Part shown: positions 47,601 to 56,050 of the stretch, in pieces
How the letters are laid out: every line of letters starts with the position of its first letter
Numbering within the stretch: the first letter of the stretch is position 1
Assembly (NCBI GenBank): GCA_040901675.1
Contig: JBBDYJ010000016.1
Span: forward strand, 64,001 to 128,000
Source: Pirellulales bacterium
Lineage (GTDB): Bacteria > Planctomycetota > Planctomycetia > Pirellulales > JAICIG01
Direction: 5' to 3'
Length of the DNA: 64,000 nucleotides
The notes under the pieces: model-generated
Database searches by the model: none
Seen by the model: only the letters and a program-made list of their open reading frames with translations
What the model was told of the DNA's origin: nothing
Program-made: the position numbers and the translations under genes

Positions 47601-49042
47601 CCAAGCAGGCGCTGGTCTGGCAGCGCGCCGCCGCGTTCTTCTTCGAAACGGACGCGGCGGAGGCCGAAAGGTGCCTGCGCGAGGTGCTGCTGTTGAAGCC
47701 CGACTCGGGGTTGGCGCGGCGGATGCTGGCAACGCTCGTTGCCGCCCGCGGGGGCGAGGAAAACCTGTCCGACGCTGCTGCGTTGTTGAATCGCCAAGGG
47801 TTGCCCGCCCGCGAGCAGGCCGCCAACGACCGGCTGAAAGCCCGCTTGTTGCTGGCGCGTGGCGGCGGCCCCCAGCGGCTCGAGGGCCAGCGTACTCTCG
47901 AACAGTTGGTGCGCCGCACGGGCGAATCGGAGCCGACCGACCGTTTGCTGCTGGCGCAGTTGTACGAGGCTCGCGGCTGGACTTCCGCCGCCGAGGAGCA
48001 GATTTCGCTGGCTGCCAGCCACGATGGATCGCCCAAGACGTTGGCGGCCTACGTCGATTTCCTCCTCCGCAATGAGCGATACGGCGAATCCAGCCGCTGG
48101 CTGGACGAACTCGAGAGCAAGGCGCCCTCGTCACGTCACTTGCTCACCCTGAGTTTGCGGGCACGCTGGCTCGCTGGTCGCGGCCGGCACTCGGAGATCG
48201 AACCGCTGGTCCAGCCGTTTGTCGAGAGCGGGTTGAGCCAGCCAGCCGATGCAAAAGCCAAGGCCCGGCTGTTGATCGACGTCGCCCGCCTGTATACCTC
48301 GGTCCAACTCGATGCGGCCGCCGAGCAAGCCTACCGCCGCGCTGCGGCCCTGGATTCGCTCGGCGCCCGCGGCTGGGCGACTTGGCTGGCCCACTCCGGC
48401 CGGGTGGCCGAGGCCGTGGCCATGTGTGTTGACCTGGTGCGGGCCGACGAATCGGCTGCCGCCGCGGCGACGCTGGCCAACGTGCTGGCCCGAGGGGCGG
48501 CATCGGCCGAACACCATGCGGTTGCCGAAGGCATCCTGAAAGAATCGCTCGAGCGCCATCCGCGGGATATCGATCTGCTGGTTGCAGTCGGCACTTTGCG
48601 GTTGCTCGAGGGGCGCCGCAGGGAAGCCGCCGCCTTGTTCCGCCGCGCGCTCAAGCTCGATGCCGGCCACGTCGTCGCCATGAACAACCTGGCCATGGTG
48701 CTGGCCGAAGAGCCGGACCAACAGGCCGAGGCCGTCGAGCATCTCGATCGGGCCATCGCGCTGTCGGGCCGCAATTCCGAGCTGCTGGACTCGAAGGGCT
48801 GGGTGCTCTTGCAGCAGGATCAGGCGCGCGAGGCCGAAAAACTCTTCCGCGAGGCGGCCGAGCTCAGGCCGCGCGATCCCCGCGTGCAATTCCACCTGGC
48901 GCTGGCCTGCTGGCGGCAGGGGCGCCGCTCGGAAGCCAAGACTTGGCTGGAACAAGCCCGCAACGGCAACCTCCTGGCCGACATCCTGAGCCCCTCCGAG
49001 CGAGCCCAATTAAGCCAATTGGAAGAGCAACTCGAATCCTAG
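44663..49042 (+). CDS. large TPR-repeat protein (exosortase-system associated)
   Basis: N-terminal TM, many TPR-like helices, C-terminal NNLA..LA...LDSKGW...FHLA. Confidence 0.88.
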   Translation: MQLTADNRAISPEPPPRPRFPRAARRWELNVRLLAGTLVALAAVVPAAWLWHARQVRANAEGLLARAGQLEQEGDHPAAVVALQRYVQLRPDDVAQRVRLAELFGGSAATRDEKQQALKLYAVAQGLAPDKLDVRRRRIELLLQLGYLPQASSQAAALLSEKHLSHDPVALRVRALALYHLRRSGGRVEAGDLSEALERAVEQAPHDVELAHALAAFLRDQLAEVADSGGERGRQLARQADEVMDRLVAVSPDRAIALVARHRYRRAYQLPDSGDDLRQALALDRQQHLPEVRLAAGQEALAQKQPRKAAEFFTAAIEAGLANRAALETLEQSHLGLGRAHLAVGSTEEALNAWQMGLKTADPGSLELKFEIAQALIALDRLDDADKYLDKLEEEISTRARYLMPRPLSRLEQPVSVLRAEWRFARKEYAEAAGLLRQLLVNRHSTPQIDEQQRHRLQLRLGMCYAQLKQWDRAASVFQQASDAQPSLPQPLVAAADAWERGGNLVSAIACYEKALGLPGVASDVWASLAHVRFRNELLTPPAERQWADFERDLAAARELLPQDGGVLLLAAEYAALRNQPQEAARLLEQLSREPATPLKLREEVVLALERMGRLSQADEALRRWEDLHGVSVRTTLVRARLLRGRRRGDEARRVLQAALVEAPRSERTEVEFQLALLDVESGNVQQARRQLARLAEQQPADVRFVQLLAELALESRDADQLEQSVRQLRRLEGVDGTLWRFFEAQRLALLASGPRDDGLVNAQALQEQIERIRPSWSAAYLLKGHLARQRNQIDEAIAAYQTAIELGEGRLRVFEQLVHLLYRQHRFEEADQVFELLRGRKQLSPRLAELGIATSVRLDESQRAVALARAQVRDKPRDAIARLWLAQALEADGQSDSAQEQLIEATRLAPHDARPWSALLRYYARAKRPADARRTLAEMTRRIEISDEQRPFVLAQSHETVGDRQAAASLYRQAVRAAPKQALVWQRAAAFFFETDAAEAERCLREVLLLKPDSGLARRMLATLVAARGGEENLSDAAALLNRQGLPAREQAANDRLKARLLLARGGGPQRLEGQRTLEQLVRRTGESEPTDRLLLAQLYEARGWTSAAEEQISLAASHDGSPKTLAAYVDFLLRNERYGESSRWLDELESKAPSSRHLLTLSLRARWLAGRGRHSEIEPLVQPFVESGLSQPADAKAKARLLIDVARLYTSVQLDAAAEQAYRRAAALDSLGARGWATWLAHSGRVAEAVAMCVDLVRADESAAAAATLANVLARGAASAEHHAVAEGILKESLERHPRDIDLLVAVGTLRLLEGRRREAAALFRRALKLDAGHVVAMNNLAMVLAEEPDQQAEAVEHLDRAIALSGRNSELLDSKGWVLLQQDQAREAEKLFREAAELRPRDPRVQFHLALACWRQGRRSEAKTWLEQARNGNLLADILSPSERAQLSQLEEQLES

Positions 49043-49048
49043 CGAACC

Positions 49049-49720
49049 ATGACCGTACCCTCCCCCAGACCGAGGCGACCTGCCGTTGTGCTGGCCATGA
49101 CACTGGTGGTCGCCATGACCGCCGCCGCGGGGGCCGTCGACGGCCTGCTCCGCAACCGGTGGGGCGAACCGCCCAACCTGGCTGCCGCGGCCCGCAAGCT
49201 GGAGCAAGTGCCGCGGCAATTCGGCGACTGGAAGATGGAATCGTCCATCGAGCTGGATGAAGAGATCGTCCGCCTGCTGCAGTCGGCCGGCCAGATCAAC
49301 CGCGTGTATGTCAACCAGCAGACGCGCGACCGGATCCACGTGGCGGTGTTGGTCGGCCCGGCGGGACCGATGTCGGTCCATACGCCGGAAATCTGCTACT
49401 CGAGCCGGGACTACGAGCTGGTCGAAGGCCCCCAGGCTTTCCAGGTGGCAACGGCGCGGGGGCCGGAATCGTTTTGGGGCGTGACGTTTCGCTCTCCCGG
49501 CCAGCAGCGCAACGTGTTGCGCGTCGCCTATGCCTGGAGCAAGGGGGATGCCTGGAGCGCGCCGTCCCGCCCGCGGTTCGCCTATGGCGGCGAACCGATG
49601 CTCTACAAGATGCAGCTTGCCGGATACACGCCGCAGGGTTTGCTCGGCGATCCTTGCTCTAGTTTCCTGGAGGAGTTCCTTCCCCAGCTCCTTCCGGCGC
49701 TCGAGCGACCGAAGCCATGA
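49049..49720 (+). CDS. exosortase-associated EpsI-like protein
   Basis: N-terminal TM, P..FGDW, HTPEICY, YKMQL. Confidence 0.85.
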   Translation: MTVPSPRPRRPAVVLAMTLVVAMTAAAGAVDGLLRNRWGEPPNLAAAARKLEQVPRQFGDWKMESSIELDEEIVRLLQSAGQINRVYVNQQTRDRIHVAVLVGPAGPMSVHTPEICYSSRDYELVEGPQAFQVATARGPESFWGVTFRSPGQQRNVLRVAYAWSKGDAWSAPSRPRFAYGGEPMLYKMQLAGYTPQGLLGDPCSSFLEEFLPQLLPALERPKP

Positions 49721-49770
49721 ATCATCGTTTCTTCTTAGCAACCAGGGATACCGCTATCAGGAGTTAAAAC

Positions 49771-50598
49771 ATGTGGCTGCTAGATAAGCCCGAAAAACTC
49801 GCAACTCGGCACAAGGCAGCAGCCGCTTGGGACGGCGCGTCCGCAGGGAACGCGCCGCCAGGCGGGACCCGCTGGTGCAACTGGCTGGGACGGGCCATGG
49901 CGCTCGTGCTGCTCATTCCCGGCTTGCCCATGATGCTCCTCACCGTGTTCATCGTGCGCCTGACTTCACCCGGTCCCGGCATCTACCGGCAGATGCGCGT
50001 CGGCCTGGGTGGGCGCCATTTCGTGATGTACAAAATCCGCACCATGGGGCAGGACGCCGAGGCACGCACCGGGCCCGTCTGGGCAACGCTCCACGATCCG
50101 CGCGTCACCAAAGTCGGCCGGATCGTGCGGCGACTGCACCTGGATGAGCTGCCCCAACTCTTCAATGTGATCCGCGGCGACATGGCGCTGGTCGGCCCCC
50201 GCCCCGAACGGCCCGAGTTCACCCAGCGGCTTGGCCGGGAAATACCCGGCTACCTGGGGCGGCTCGCGCTGCGGCCTGGCATCACCGGGTTGGCGCAAAT
50301 CAACTTGCCGGCCGACACCGACCTGGACAGCGTGCGCCGCAAGCTGGTGCTGGACCTGGAGTACATCGCCCAGAGCGGTCCTTGGCTCGACGCCCGCATC
50401 CTTTTGTGCACCAGTCTGCGTATGTTCGGACTGAACGGCAAGGCGGCCCGCGGCCTCATGCAGCTCCGCCGCGAGCCCCGGATCGGTGAACCGGACGCGC
50501 CGGCGATCATCGAAACGCCGGCTCCCGTGGCGGCGCCCCAGGTCGACAACGCCAGCCACGTGAACGCCGGCTTTTCGGCCAGCCCCACTCCCGCCTAG
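49771..50598 (+). CDS. priming sugar transferase (Bac_transf family)
   Basis: SPGP.IY.Q.RVG, YKIRTM, DPRVT.VG..VR..HLDELPQL.NV..GDM.LVGPRPERP. Confidence 0.93.
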   Translation: MWLLDKPEKLATRHKAAAAWDGASAGNAPPGGTRWCNWLGRAMALVLLIPGLPMMLLTVFIVRLTSPGPGIYRQMRVGLGGRHFVMYKIRTMGQDAEARTGPVWATLHDPRVTKVGRIVRRLHLDELPQLFNVIRGDMALVGPRPERPEFTQRLGREIPGYLGRLALRPGITGLAQINLPADTDLDSVRRKLVLDLEYIAQSGPWLDARILLCTSLRMFGLNGKAARGLMQLRREPRIGEPDAPAIIETPAPVAAPQVDNASHVNAGFSASPTPA

Positions 50599-50614
50599 CA
50601 CGACAATTCACTGC

Positions 50615-50723
50615 CTCATGTTTGTAGTGACCGGATTCATCCGGTCCAAGATCTCATGTTTGTAGTGACCGGATTTATCCGGTCCAAAATCTCATGTTTG
50701 TAGTGACCCCATTTATGGGGTCC
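50615..50723 (+). repeat. three tandem GTAG REP units, period 38 nt
   Basis: CTCATGTTTGTAGT + hairpin at 50615, 50653 and 50691. Stems are GACCGGAT/ATCCGGTC (x2) and GACCCCAT/ATGGGGTC. Confidence 0.9.
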
Positions 50724-50736
50724 TAGAGCGCTGCTC

Positions 50737-52041
50737 TTGGCCTGGACCGCTTTCATCCTGTTGACCGCCACGCTGTTCATTCGGCCCTCGGAGCTCATTC
50801 CCGAGGTCGAGGGATGGCAGATCTACGAACTGTTGATCATCGGCTGCCTGGTCCTTAGTTGGCCGCTGATCATTGAGCAGTTGTCGCCTGCGAAGCTGGC
50901 CGAACGGCCCATTTCGGCCTGCGTGGTCGGCCTGCTGCCGGCCGTCGTGCTGTCGCACCTGGCGCACTTCTTTCTGTGGGGCGCCCGTGTGTCGGGGCAG
51001 GAGTTCGGCAAAGTGGTGCTCTATTACTTGTTGGTGGTCAGCCTGGTCGACACGCCGGCCCGATTGCAGTCGCTGCTCCGCTGGCTGGTGCTCTTTATCG
51101 TGGTCTCGGTGTCGCTGGTTCTGCTGGAGTACCACGGCTGGGTCGACATTGCGGCCATTGACGCACACCCGCAGAAGCAGGTGGATGTTGAGACGGGCGA
51201 GGTCACTACCATTCCCCGCATTCGAAGCACGGGTATCTTCCGCGATCCCAACGATCTGTCGATGATCCTCCTGGTGGGGATGGTGCTGTGTGTGTATGGA
51301 GCCGGCGGCGGGCTCGGCTGGTTGCCCCGTCCGGTCTGGTTGGCGCCCTTGGCGCTGTGCGGTTATGCCCTGGTCCTCACGCGCTCACGTGGCGGTTTTG
51401 TGGCGTTGATAGCCGCCGCACTGTCGCTGTGTGTCTCCCGATTTGGGTGGCGGCGCTCCCTCCCGCTGATCGTGCTGGGAGTGCCGCTGATCGTCGCAAT
51501 CTTTGCCGGACGGATGACCGATCTGTCCACCAGCGAGGGCACAGGCCAATCCCGGATCCAACTCTGGAGCATGGGGCTGGCCCTGTTGAAGCAATTCCCG
51601 GTCTTCGGCAGCGGCTACGCCACCTACGTTTCGCATGCCGGGCAGGTGGCACACAACTCGTTCGTCCATTGCTTTGCTGAATTAGGCATCGTCGGCGGCG
51701 GTCTGTTTCTGGGTGCCTTTGGGATAGCCCTCTGGGAACTGCGGCGCCTGGGATCACCATCGCTTGAAATTGCCGATCCCGATTTGCGCCGAATGAGGCC
51801 CTACCTGCTGGCGATGTTGGTAACGTATGCCGCCAGCATGCTCTCCTTGTCGCGAGCCTACATTGCGCCCACCTACCTGATCCTGGGCCTGGCCACCGCG
51901 TACCTCGGCATGATGTCGGCCGAGCCGCGTCCGGAGCCGTTGCGATTCGACCGCCGGCTGCTGTCCCGTCTGGCACTGGCCAGCGTCGCATTCCTGGCTT
52001 GCACGTATGTTTTTATCCGCTTGTTTGCCCGCTGGGGATAG
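50737..52041 (+). CDS. O-antigen ligase / Wzy polymerase family membrane protein
   Basis: Many TMs; R..G.F.DPND, LTRSRGG, R..LW, AHNSFV...AELG. Confidence 0.88.
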   Translation: MAWTAFILLTATLFIRPSELIPEVEGWQIYELLIIGCLVLSWPLIIEQLSPAKLAERPISACVVGLLPAVVLSHLAHFFLWGARVSGQEFGKVVLYYLLVVSLVDTPARLQSLLRWLVLFIVVSVSLVLLEYHGWVDIAAIDAHPQKQVDVETGEVTTIPRIRSTGIFRDPNDLSMILLVGMVLCVYGAGGGLGWLPRPVWLAPLALCGYALVLTRSRGGFVALIAAALSLCVSRFGWRRSLPLIVLGVPLIVAIFAGRMTDLSTSEGTGQSRIQLWSMGLALLKQFPVFGSGYATYVSHAGQVAHNSFVHCFAELGIVGGGLFLGAFGIALWELRRLGSPSLEIADPDLRRMRPYLLAMLVTYAASMLSLSRAYIAPTYLILGLATAYLGMMSAEPRPEPLRFDRRLLSRLALASVAFLACTYVFIRLFARWG

Positions 52042-52053
52042 CCGTAACCACCC

Positions 52054-52968
52054 ATGAGCATGCCCTGGCAACTCGGTGAACCAGCGCCCGATGCGCTGCA
52101 CGCGTCGCCGCCCGGTTTGTCCAGGCGGCCGCTGACCACGATCGGCCCTTCCTCAGGTTGGCAACTGCTGAACGTGCGCGAGCTGTGGCAGTTCCGCGAG
52201 CTGCTCTTCTTCCTCACGTGGCGCGACGTCAAGGTCCGTTACAAACAGACCCTGCTGGGCGCCGCCTGGGCACTGCTGCAGCCGCTGATGATGATGGTGG
52301 TCTTTACCATCTTCTTTCATAAAAAGGCGGGGATCCCGTCCGGCGAACTGCCCTACCACCTCTTCGTTTATTCCGGTCTGGTGACCTGGACCTTCTTTGC
52401 TACCGCGATTACCCAGGCTGGCAACAGCGTCGTGACCTCCGAGCGGCTGATCACGAAGGTCTATTTTCCGCGGCTGGCCATTCCCTTCGCCTCGGTGGGG
52501 GCCGCCGTCGTCGATTTCCTGATCGCCTTCAGCCTGCTCATCGGGCTCATGCTCTGGTATGGCATCCTGCCCGGCTTGAACCTGCTGGCCGCCCCCGCCG
52601 TTTTCGCCTGCGTCGTGCTGGCGGCATTAGGCGTCGGCACGCTGCTGGCGGCCTTGAACGTGGCCTACCGCGATTTCCGCTATGTGATTCCCTTCCTGGT
52701 GCAGATCTGGCTGTTCGCTACGCCCACGATCTACTTGCCCGACGCCGTCCCATCGCCGGCTGCCGGCGCAAGCGGCGCAGGTTTGCTGCAGTCGATCCTG
52801 GCGCTGAACCCGATGACGGGGCTCGTGGCCGCTTTCCGCGCTGCGACGCTGGGCGGCGAAATGCCCTGGAACGATCTGGCGGTCTCCATGGCCACGACCC
52901 TGCTCATGTTCGTGGTGGGCTGCCTCTACTTCCGCAAGGTCGAGGACAACTTTGCCGACATTATCTAG
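52054..52968 (+). CDS. wzm: polysaccharide ABC transporter permease (Wzm-like)
   Basis: RDVKVRYKQT.LG..W..LQP, KVYFPR, YRDF, TP.IY, NPM. Confidence 0.9.
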   Translation: MSMPWQLGEPAPDALHASPPGLSRRPLTTIGPSSGWQLLNVRELWQFRELLFFLTWRDVKVRYKQTLLGAAWALLQPLMMMVVFTIFFHKKAGIPSGELPYHLFVYSGLVTWTFFATAITQAGNSVVTSERLITKVYFPRLAIPFASVGAAVVDFLIAFSLLIGLMLWYGILPGLNLLAAPAVFACVVLAALGVGTLLAALNVAYRDFRYVIPFLVQIWLFATPTIYLPDAVPSPAAGASGAGLLQSILALNPMTGLVAAFRAATLGGEMPWNDLAVSMATTLLMFVVGCLYFRKVEDNFADII

Positions 52969-54301
52969 CCGACTGGAAGCGGCGATTCGAGTCGAGAACC
53001 TGGCAAAGCGCTACCGCGTCAGCCAGGCCGGCCGCGGCGGGCGCGGATATCGCACGCTCCGCGAGACGCTCGCCGGGGCCGCCACCTCGCTGGCCCGCCG
53101 CTGGCGGCACGGCCATCCCGACGAGCAATTCTGGGCGCTGCGCGACGTGGGATTCGAAATCGCTCCCGGCGAGGTCGTGGGCATTATCGGCGGGAACGGA
53201 GCCGGTAAGAGCACGCTCTTGAAGATCCTCTCGCGGATCACCAGGCCCACGCGGGGCCGTGTCGAAATCCGCGGCCGCGTCGGCAGCCTCCTGGAAGTCG
53301 GCACCGGCTTTCACCCCGAGCTGACCGGGCGGGAGAACATCTTTCTCAACGGCGCCATCCTGGGGATGACCCGGCGCGAAATCCTCCGCAGTTTCGAGGC
53401 CATCGTCGACTTCGCCGGCGTCGAGCAGTTTCTCGACACCCCGGTCAAGCGATACTCCAGCGGCATGCACGTGCGGCTGGCCTTCGCCGTTGCCGCCCAT
53501 CTGGAGCCCGAAATCCTGATCGTCGACGAAGTCCTGGCGGTCGGCGACGCCCAGTTCCAAAAAAAGTGCCTCGGCAAGATGGGGCAAGTCGCCGAGGGCG
53601 GACGCACCGTCCTGTTCGTCAGCCACAACATGGCCGCCGTCCAGAACCTCTGCCGCCGCGTGGTCCATCTCGACAAGGGTCGCGTGATCCACGACGGCGA
53701 CACTGAGAGCTGCATAGCGGCCTACCTGAGGAGCATGGCGCCTCCGGGCTCGAAAGTCGACCTGCGGCAGTCGCCCCAGCGGAAGAGCGGTTCGCGGCCC
53801 ACGCTCACCGAGTTGGAAATCTGCGACATCTCCGGCGAGTTGACCACGTGCATCAAGGCCGGCGACGCGCTGGTCTTCAAATTGCACTACGAGTCGCCGC
53901 ACCCTCTGACGGGGCCTGCTTTCCGCGTGATTGTTTCGACGATCACGGGCACGCGCGTTTTCACGGTCAACACCAGGTGGAACGCTGCCTCGCTGGAGGA
54001 AGCTCCCGCGCACGGCTGCGCGGTCTGCACGATCCCAGGCCTGCCGTTGGTGCCGGGGGAGTACGTCGCCTCGGTCGGTTGCAACGAAAACGGCCAGACG
54101 CTCGACTTTGTCGACGGAGTGGCGGGCTTTTCCGTGGAACCGAGCGACTACTTCGGCACCGGCCAACTGCCCAAGCCCATGCACGGCGCCACGCTCGTCG
54201 AGGCAAGATGGGACGTGCTGTCAGGCAACGGCGACGGTCCGCACCCAGGCTGCCTGGCGGCCCAGGATGCCCTTTCCCGGCAAGCTGATCTGGTTTCGTG
54301 A
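52952..54301 (+). CDS. wzt: polysaccharide ABC transporter ATPase with Wzt C-terminal domain
   Basis: GGNGAGKST, YSSGM.VRLAF, ILIVDEVLAVGD, VSH, plus a C-terminal beta domain. No clear ATG; start uncertain. Confidence 0.9.
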   Translation: MPTLSSRLEAAIRVENLAKRYRVSQAGRGGRGYRTLRETLAGAATSLARRWRHGHPDEQFWALRDVGFEIAPGEVVGIIGGNGAGKSTLLKILSRITRPTRGRVEIRGRVGSLLEVGTGFHPELTGRENIFLNGAILGMTRREILRSFEAIVDFAGVEQFLDTPVKRYSSGMHVRLAFAVAAHLEPEILIVDEVLAVGDAQFQKKCLGKMGQVAEGGRTVLFVSHNMAAVQNLCRRVVHLDKGRVIHDGDTESCIAAYLRSMAPPGSKVDLRQSPQRKSGSRPTLTELEICDISGELTTCIKAGDALVFKLHYESPHPLTGPAFRVIVSTITGTRVFTVNTRWNAASLEEAPAHGCAVCTIPGLPLVPGEYVASVGCNENGQTLDFVDGVAGFSVEPSDYFGTGQLPKPMHGATLVEARWDVLSGNGDGPHPGCLAAQDALSRQADLVS

Positions 54302-54337
54302 CGCTGGTAGACACTATGATTTCCAAGCACCAAGGCC

Positions 54338-54985
54338 GTGAACAGCGAGCGGCGCCGGCCGGAAGCACCGACCCGCGCGCGTCGAAATGGTGGCCCCTCA
54401 GTGAATGGACCGAACGCCGGCATAGTGACTGTCGTGTCCGGTCTGCCAAGGTCCGGCACTTCGCTGATGATGCGAATGCTGTCGGCGGGGGGCATGCCGG
54501 TGCTGGTCGACGGCGAGCGGGGAGCGGACGAGGACAATCCGGGCGGCTATTACGAGCTGGAACAGGTCAAGCGAACCCGCCAGGACAGCTCCTGGCTGGC
54601 CCAGGCGCCTGGGAAAGCCGTCAAGGTCATTTACCTGCTCCTCTCGGATTTGCCTGCCGCCTACCACTACCGCGTGCTGTTCATGTCGCGGCGGCTCGAC
54701 GAGGTCATGGCTTCGCAGCGCTTGATGCTCGCTCGTCGTGGCATCGAGCCGGACGACGATCAGGACGAGCAACGACTGGCCGGCTTGTTGAGCGGCCACG
54801 CCGAACAGATCAAAGTCCGGCTCATGAAGCTGCCGAACTTCAAGCTGCTCGATGTCAGCTACAATGCGCTGCTGGCCGACCCGCGGCAGTCCGCCGAGGC
54901 CGTTCAGAATTTCCTCGGCGTCGAGCTCGATCTCGCCCGCATGACGAGCGTGGTCGACCCGGCGCTCTATCGACAGCGCGGCTGA
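54338..54985 (+). CDS. sulfotransferase family protein
   Basis: SGLPRSGTS PAPS loop and DNPGGYYE. The start may be GTG 54401. Confidence 0.85.
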   Translation: MNSERRRPEAPTRARRNGGPSVNGPNAGIVTVVSGLPRSGTSLMMRMLSAGGMPVLVDGERGADEDNPGGYYELEQVKRTRQDSSWLAQAPGKAVKVIYLLLSDLPAAYHYRVLFMSRRLDEVMASQRLMLARRGIEPDDDQDEQRLAGLLSGHAEQIKVRLMKLPNFKLLDVSYNALLADPRQSAEAVQNFLGVELDLARMTSVVDPALYRQRG

Positions 54986-55019
54986 GGATCGGCCGAAAAA
55001 CAACTTCCTCACATCGCAA

Positions 55020-55132
55020 CTGGGGCATCCCGGACTTCGGACTTCGGACTTCGGCGAGCTCAGTCGAGTCGCGAGCTCAGTCGAGTCGCGAGCTTAGTCG
55101 AGCCGCGCGCCGGCACTATGCCCCAGCCACCC
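55020..55132 (-). repeat. GTGG-type REP hairpin hosting a triple-nested 24-nt element
   Basis: CTGGGGCAT (55020-55028) / ATGCCCCAG-CCAC (55118-55130) flank the 72-nt insert. Confidence 0.8.
55033..55104 (+). mobile_element. three copies of a 24-nt palindromic mini-element nested within each other
   Basis: (GACTTCG)x3 then (GCGAGCTYAGTCGAGYC)x3 = 3 x 24 nt. The unit is the reverse complement of the inserts at 1612-1635 and 62668-62691. Mobility is inferred. Confidence 0.75.
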
Positions 55133-55170
55133 AGACGCCGGACCAGCCTGAGAGAAACAGGAGATAGACG

Positions 55171-56049
55171 ATGATTTGGTTTCCAGGCAAACGAGCTCTC
55201 CGCCGCACCCTGGGTGCTGCCAATTGGCAGCATGCCCGGTGCCTGTTCGTCTTGTCCACGGGCCGCGTGGGCACGGTGACGCTGATGCACCTCCTCCGCT
55301 TGTCGAACCAGGTGCGCGCTTGGCACGAGCCGGAGCCTCAACTCATCGCGGAAGCGAAAGCGGCCCATGCCGGGTTGGCCAAAGACCGAGTCGCCTTCCA
55401 GCGGATTTTCCGGGATGCCAAGGCGGTGGAGATCGGGATTGCCGTGGTGCGAAAGCGCATTTATGCCGAAACGTCGAACCGGCTCACGTTCTTCGCCCCG
55501 GCGATCGCCGAGGCCCTTCCGGGGGCCCGCTTCCTCCACCTCTATCGGCATCCCGCGGAAGTGGTCCGCTCCGGCATGCGGCGAGGATGGTATTTGAACA
55601 ACGAGTTCGATGTCCACCGTATTGAGCCGTTGCCGGATGACGAAGCCTATGATCGTTGGAGCGGGTGGGACGCCTTCTCCAAGAACTGTTGGAACTGGCA
55701 AGCCGTGAACCGGTTTGCTCTCGACTTTCAAGAGTCCATCGAGCCGCGGCGGTTCCTCGCCATCTCCAGCGAGGAGCTTATTCAGAGCAGCCGCGGCTCC
55801 TATGCAAGGATTTTCGATTTCCTGTCGATCCCGGCCCCCAGCCGCGAGCGGGCCGAATCCGTGCTCAGCCAAAGGTACAACCTGCAAAAAGAGGGGGACT
55901 TTCCCCGCTATTGCGACTGGGACGAGCGGCAACGTGCCATCCTGGAACAAATCGCCGGACCGGTTGCCCAGCGGCTGGGATATGTTCTGTCGGCCGGCTC
56001 TCGCTCGGCGGCCCCGCACGGCGCCGTGGCCCGCGCCGCAGGCGCATAG
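55171..56049 (+). CDS. sulfotransferase-like protein
   Basis: LSTGRVGT loop, HEPEP, LHLYRHP.EVVRS; AGGAG RBS. Confidence 0.8.
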   Translation: MIWFPGKRALRRTLGAANWQHARCLFVLSTGRVGTVTLMHLLRLSNQVRAWHEPEPQLIAEAKAAHAGLAKDRVAFQRIFRDAKAVEIGIAVVRKRIYAETSNRLTFFAPAIAEALPGARFLHLYRHPAEVVRSGMRRGWYLNNEFDVHRIEPLPDDEAYDRWSGWDAFSKNCWNWQAVNRFALDFQESIEPRRFLAISSEELIQSSRGSYARIFDFLSIPAPSRERAESVLSQRYNLQKEGDFPRYCDWDERQRAILEQIAGPVAQRLGYVLSAGSRSAAPHGAVARAAGA

Positions 56050-56050
56050 C

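Noticed and set aside
50615..50723. Possible mini CRISPR array
   Set aside because: The units are contiguous with no unique spacers, match the REP family, and no cas genes are present.
55033..55104. Two unrelated microsatellites (7-mer x3 and 17-mer x3)
   Set aside because: The two units join to form a 24-mer found intact elsewhere and have equal copy number, so nesting is more parsimonious, though not proven.
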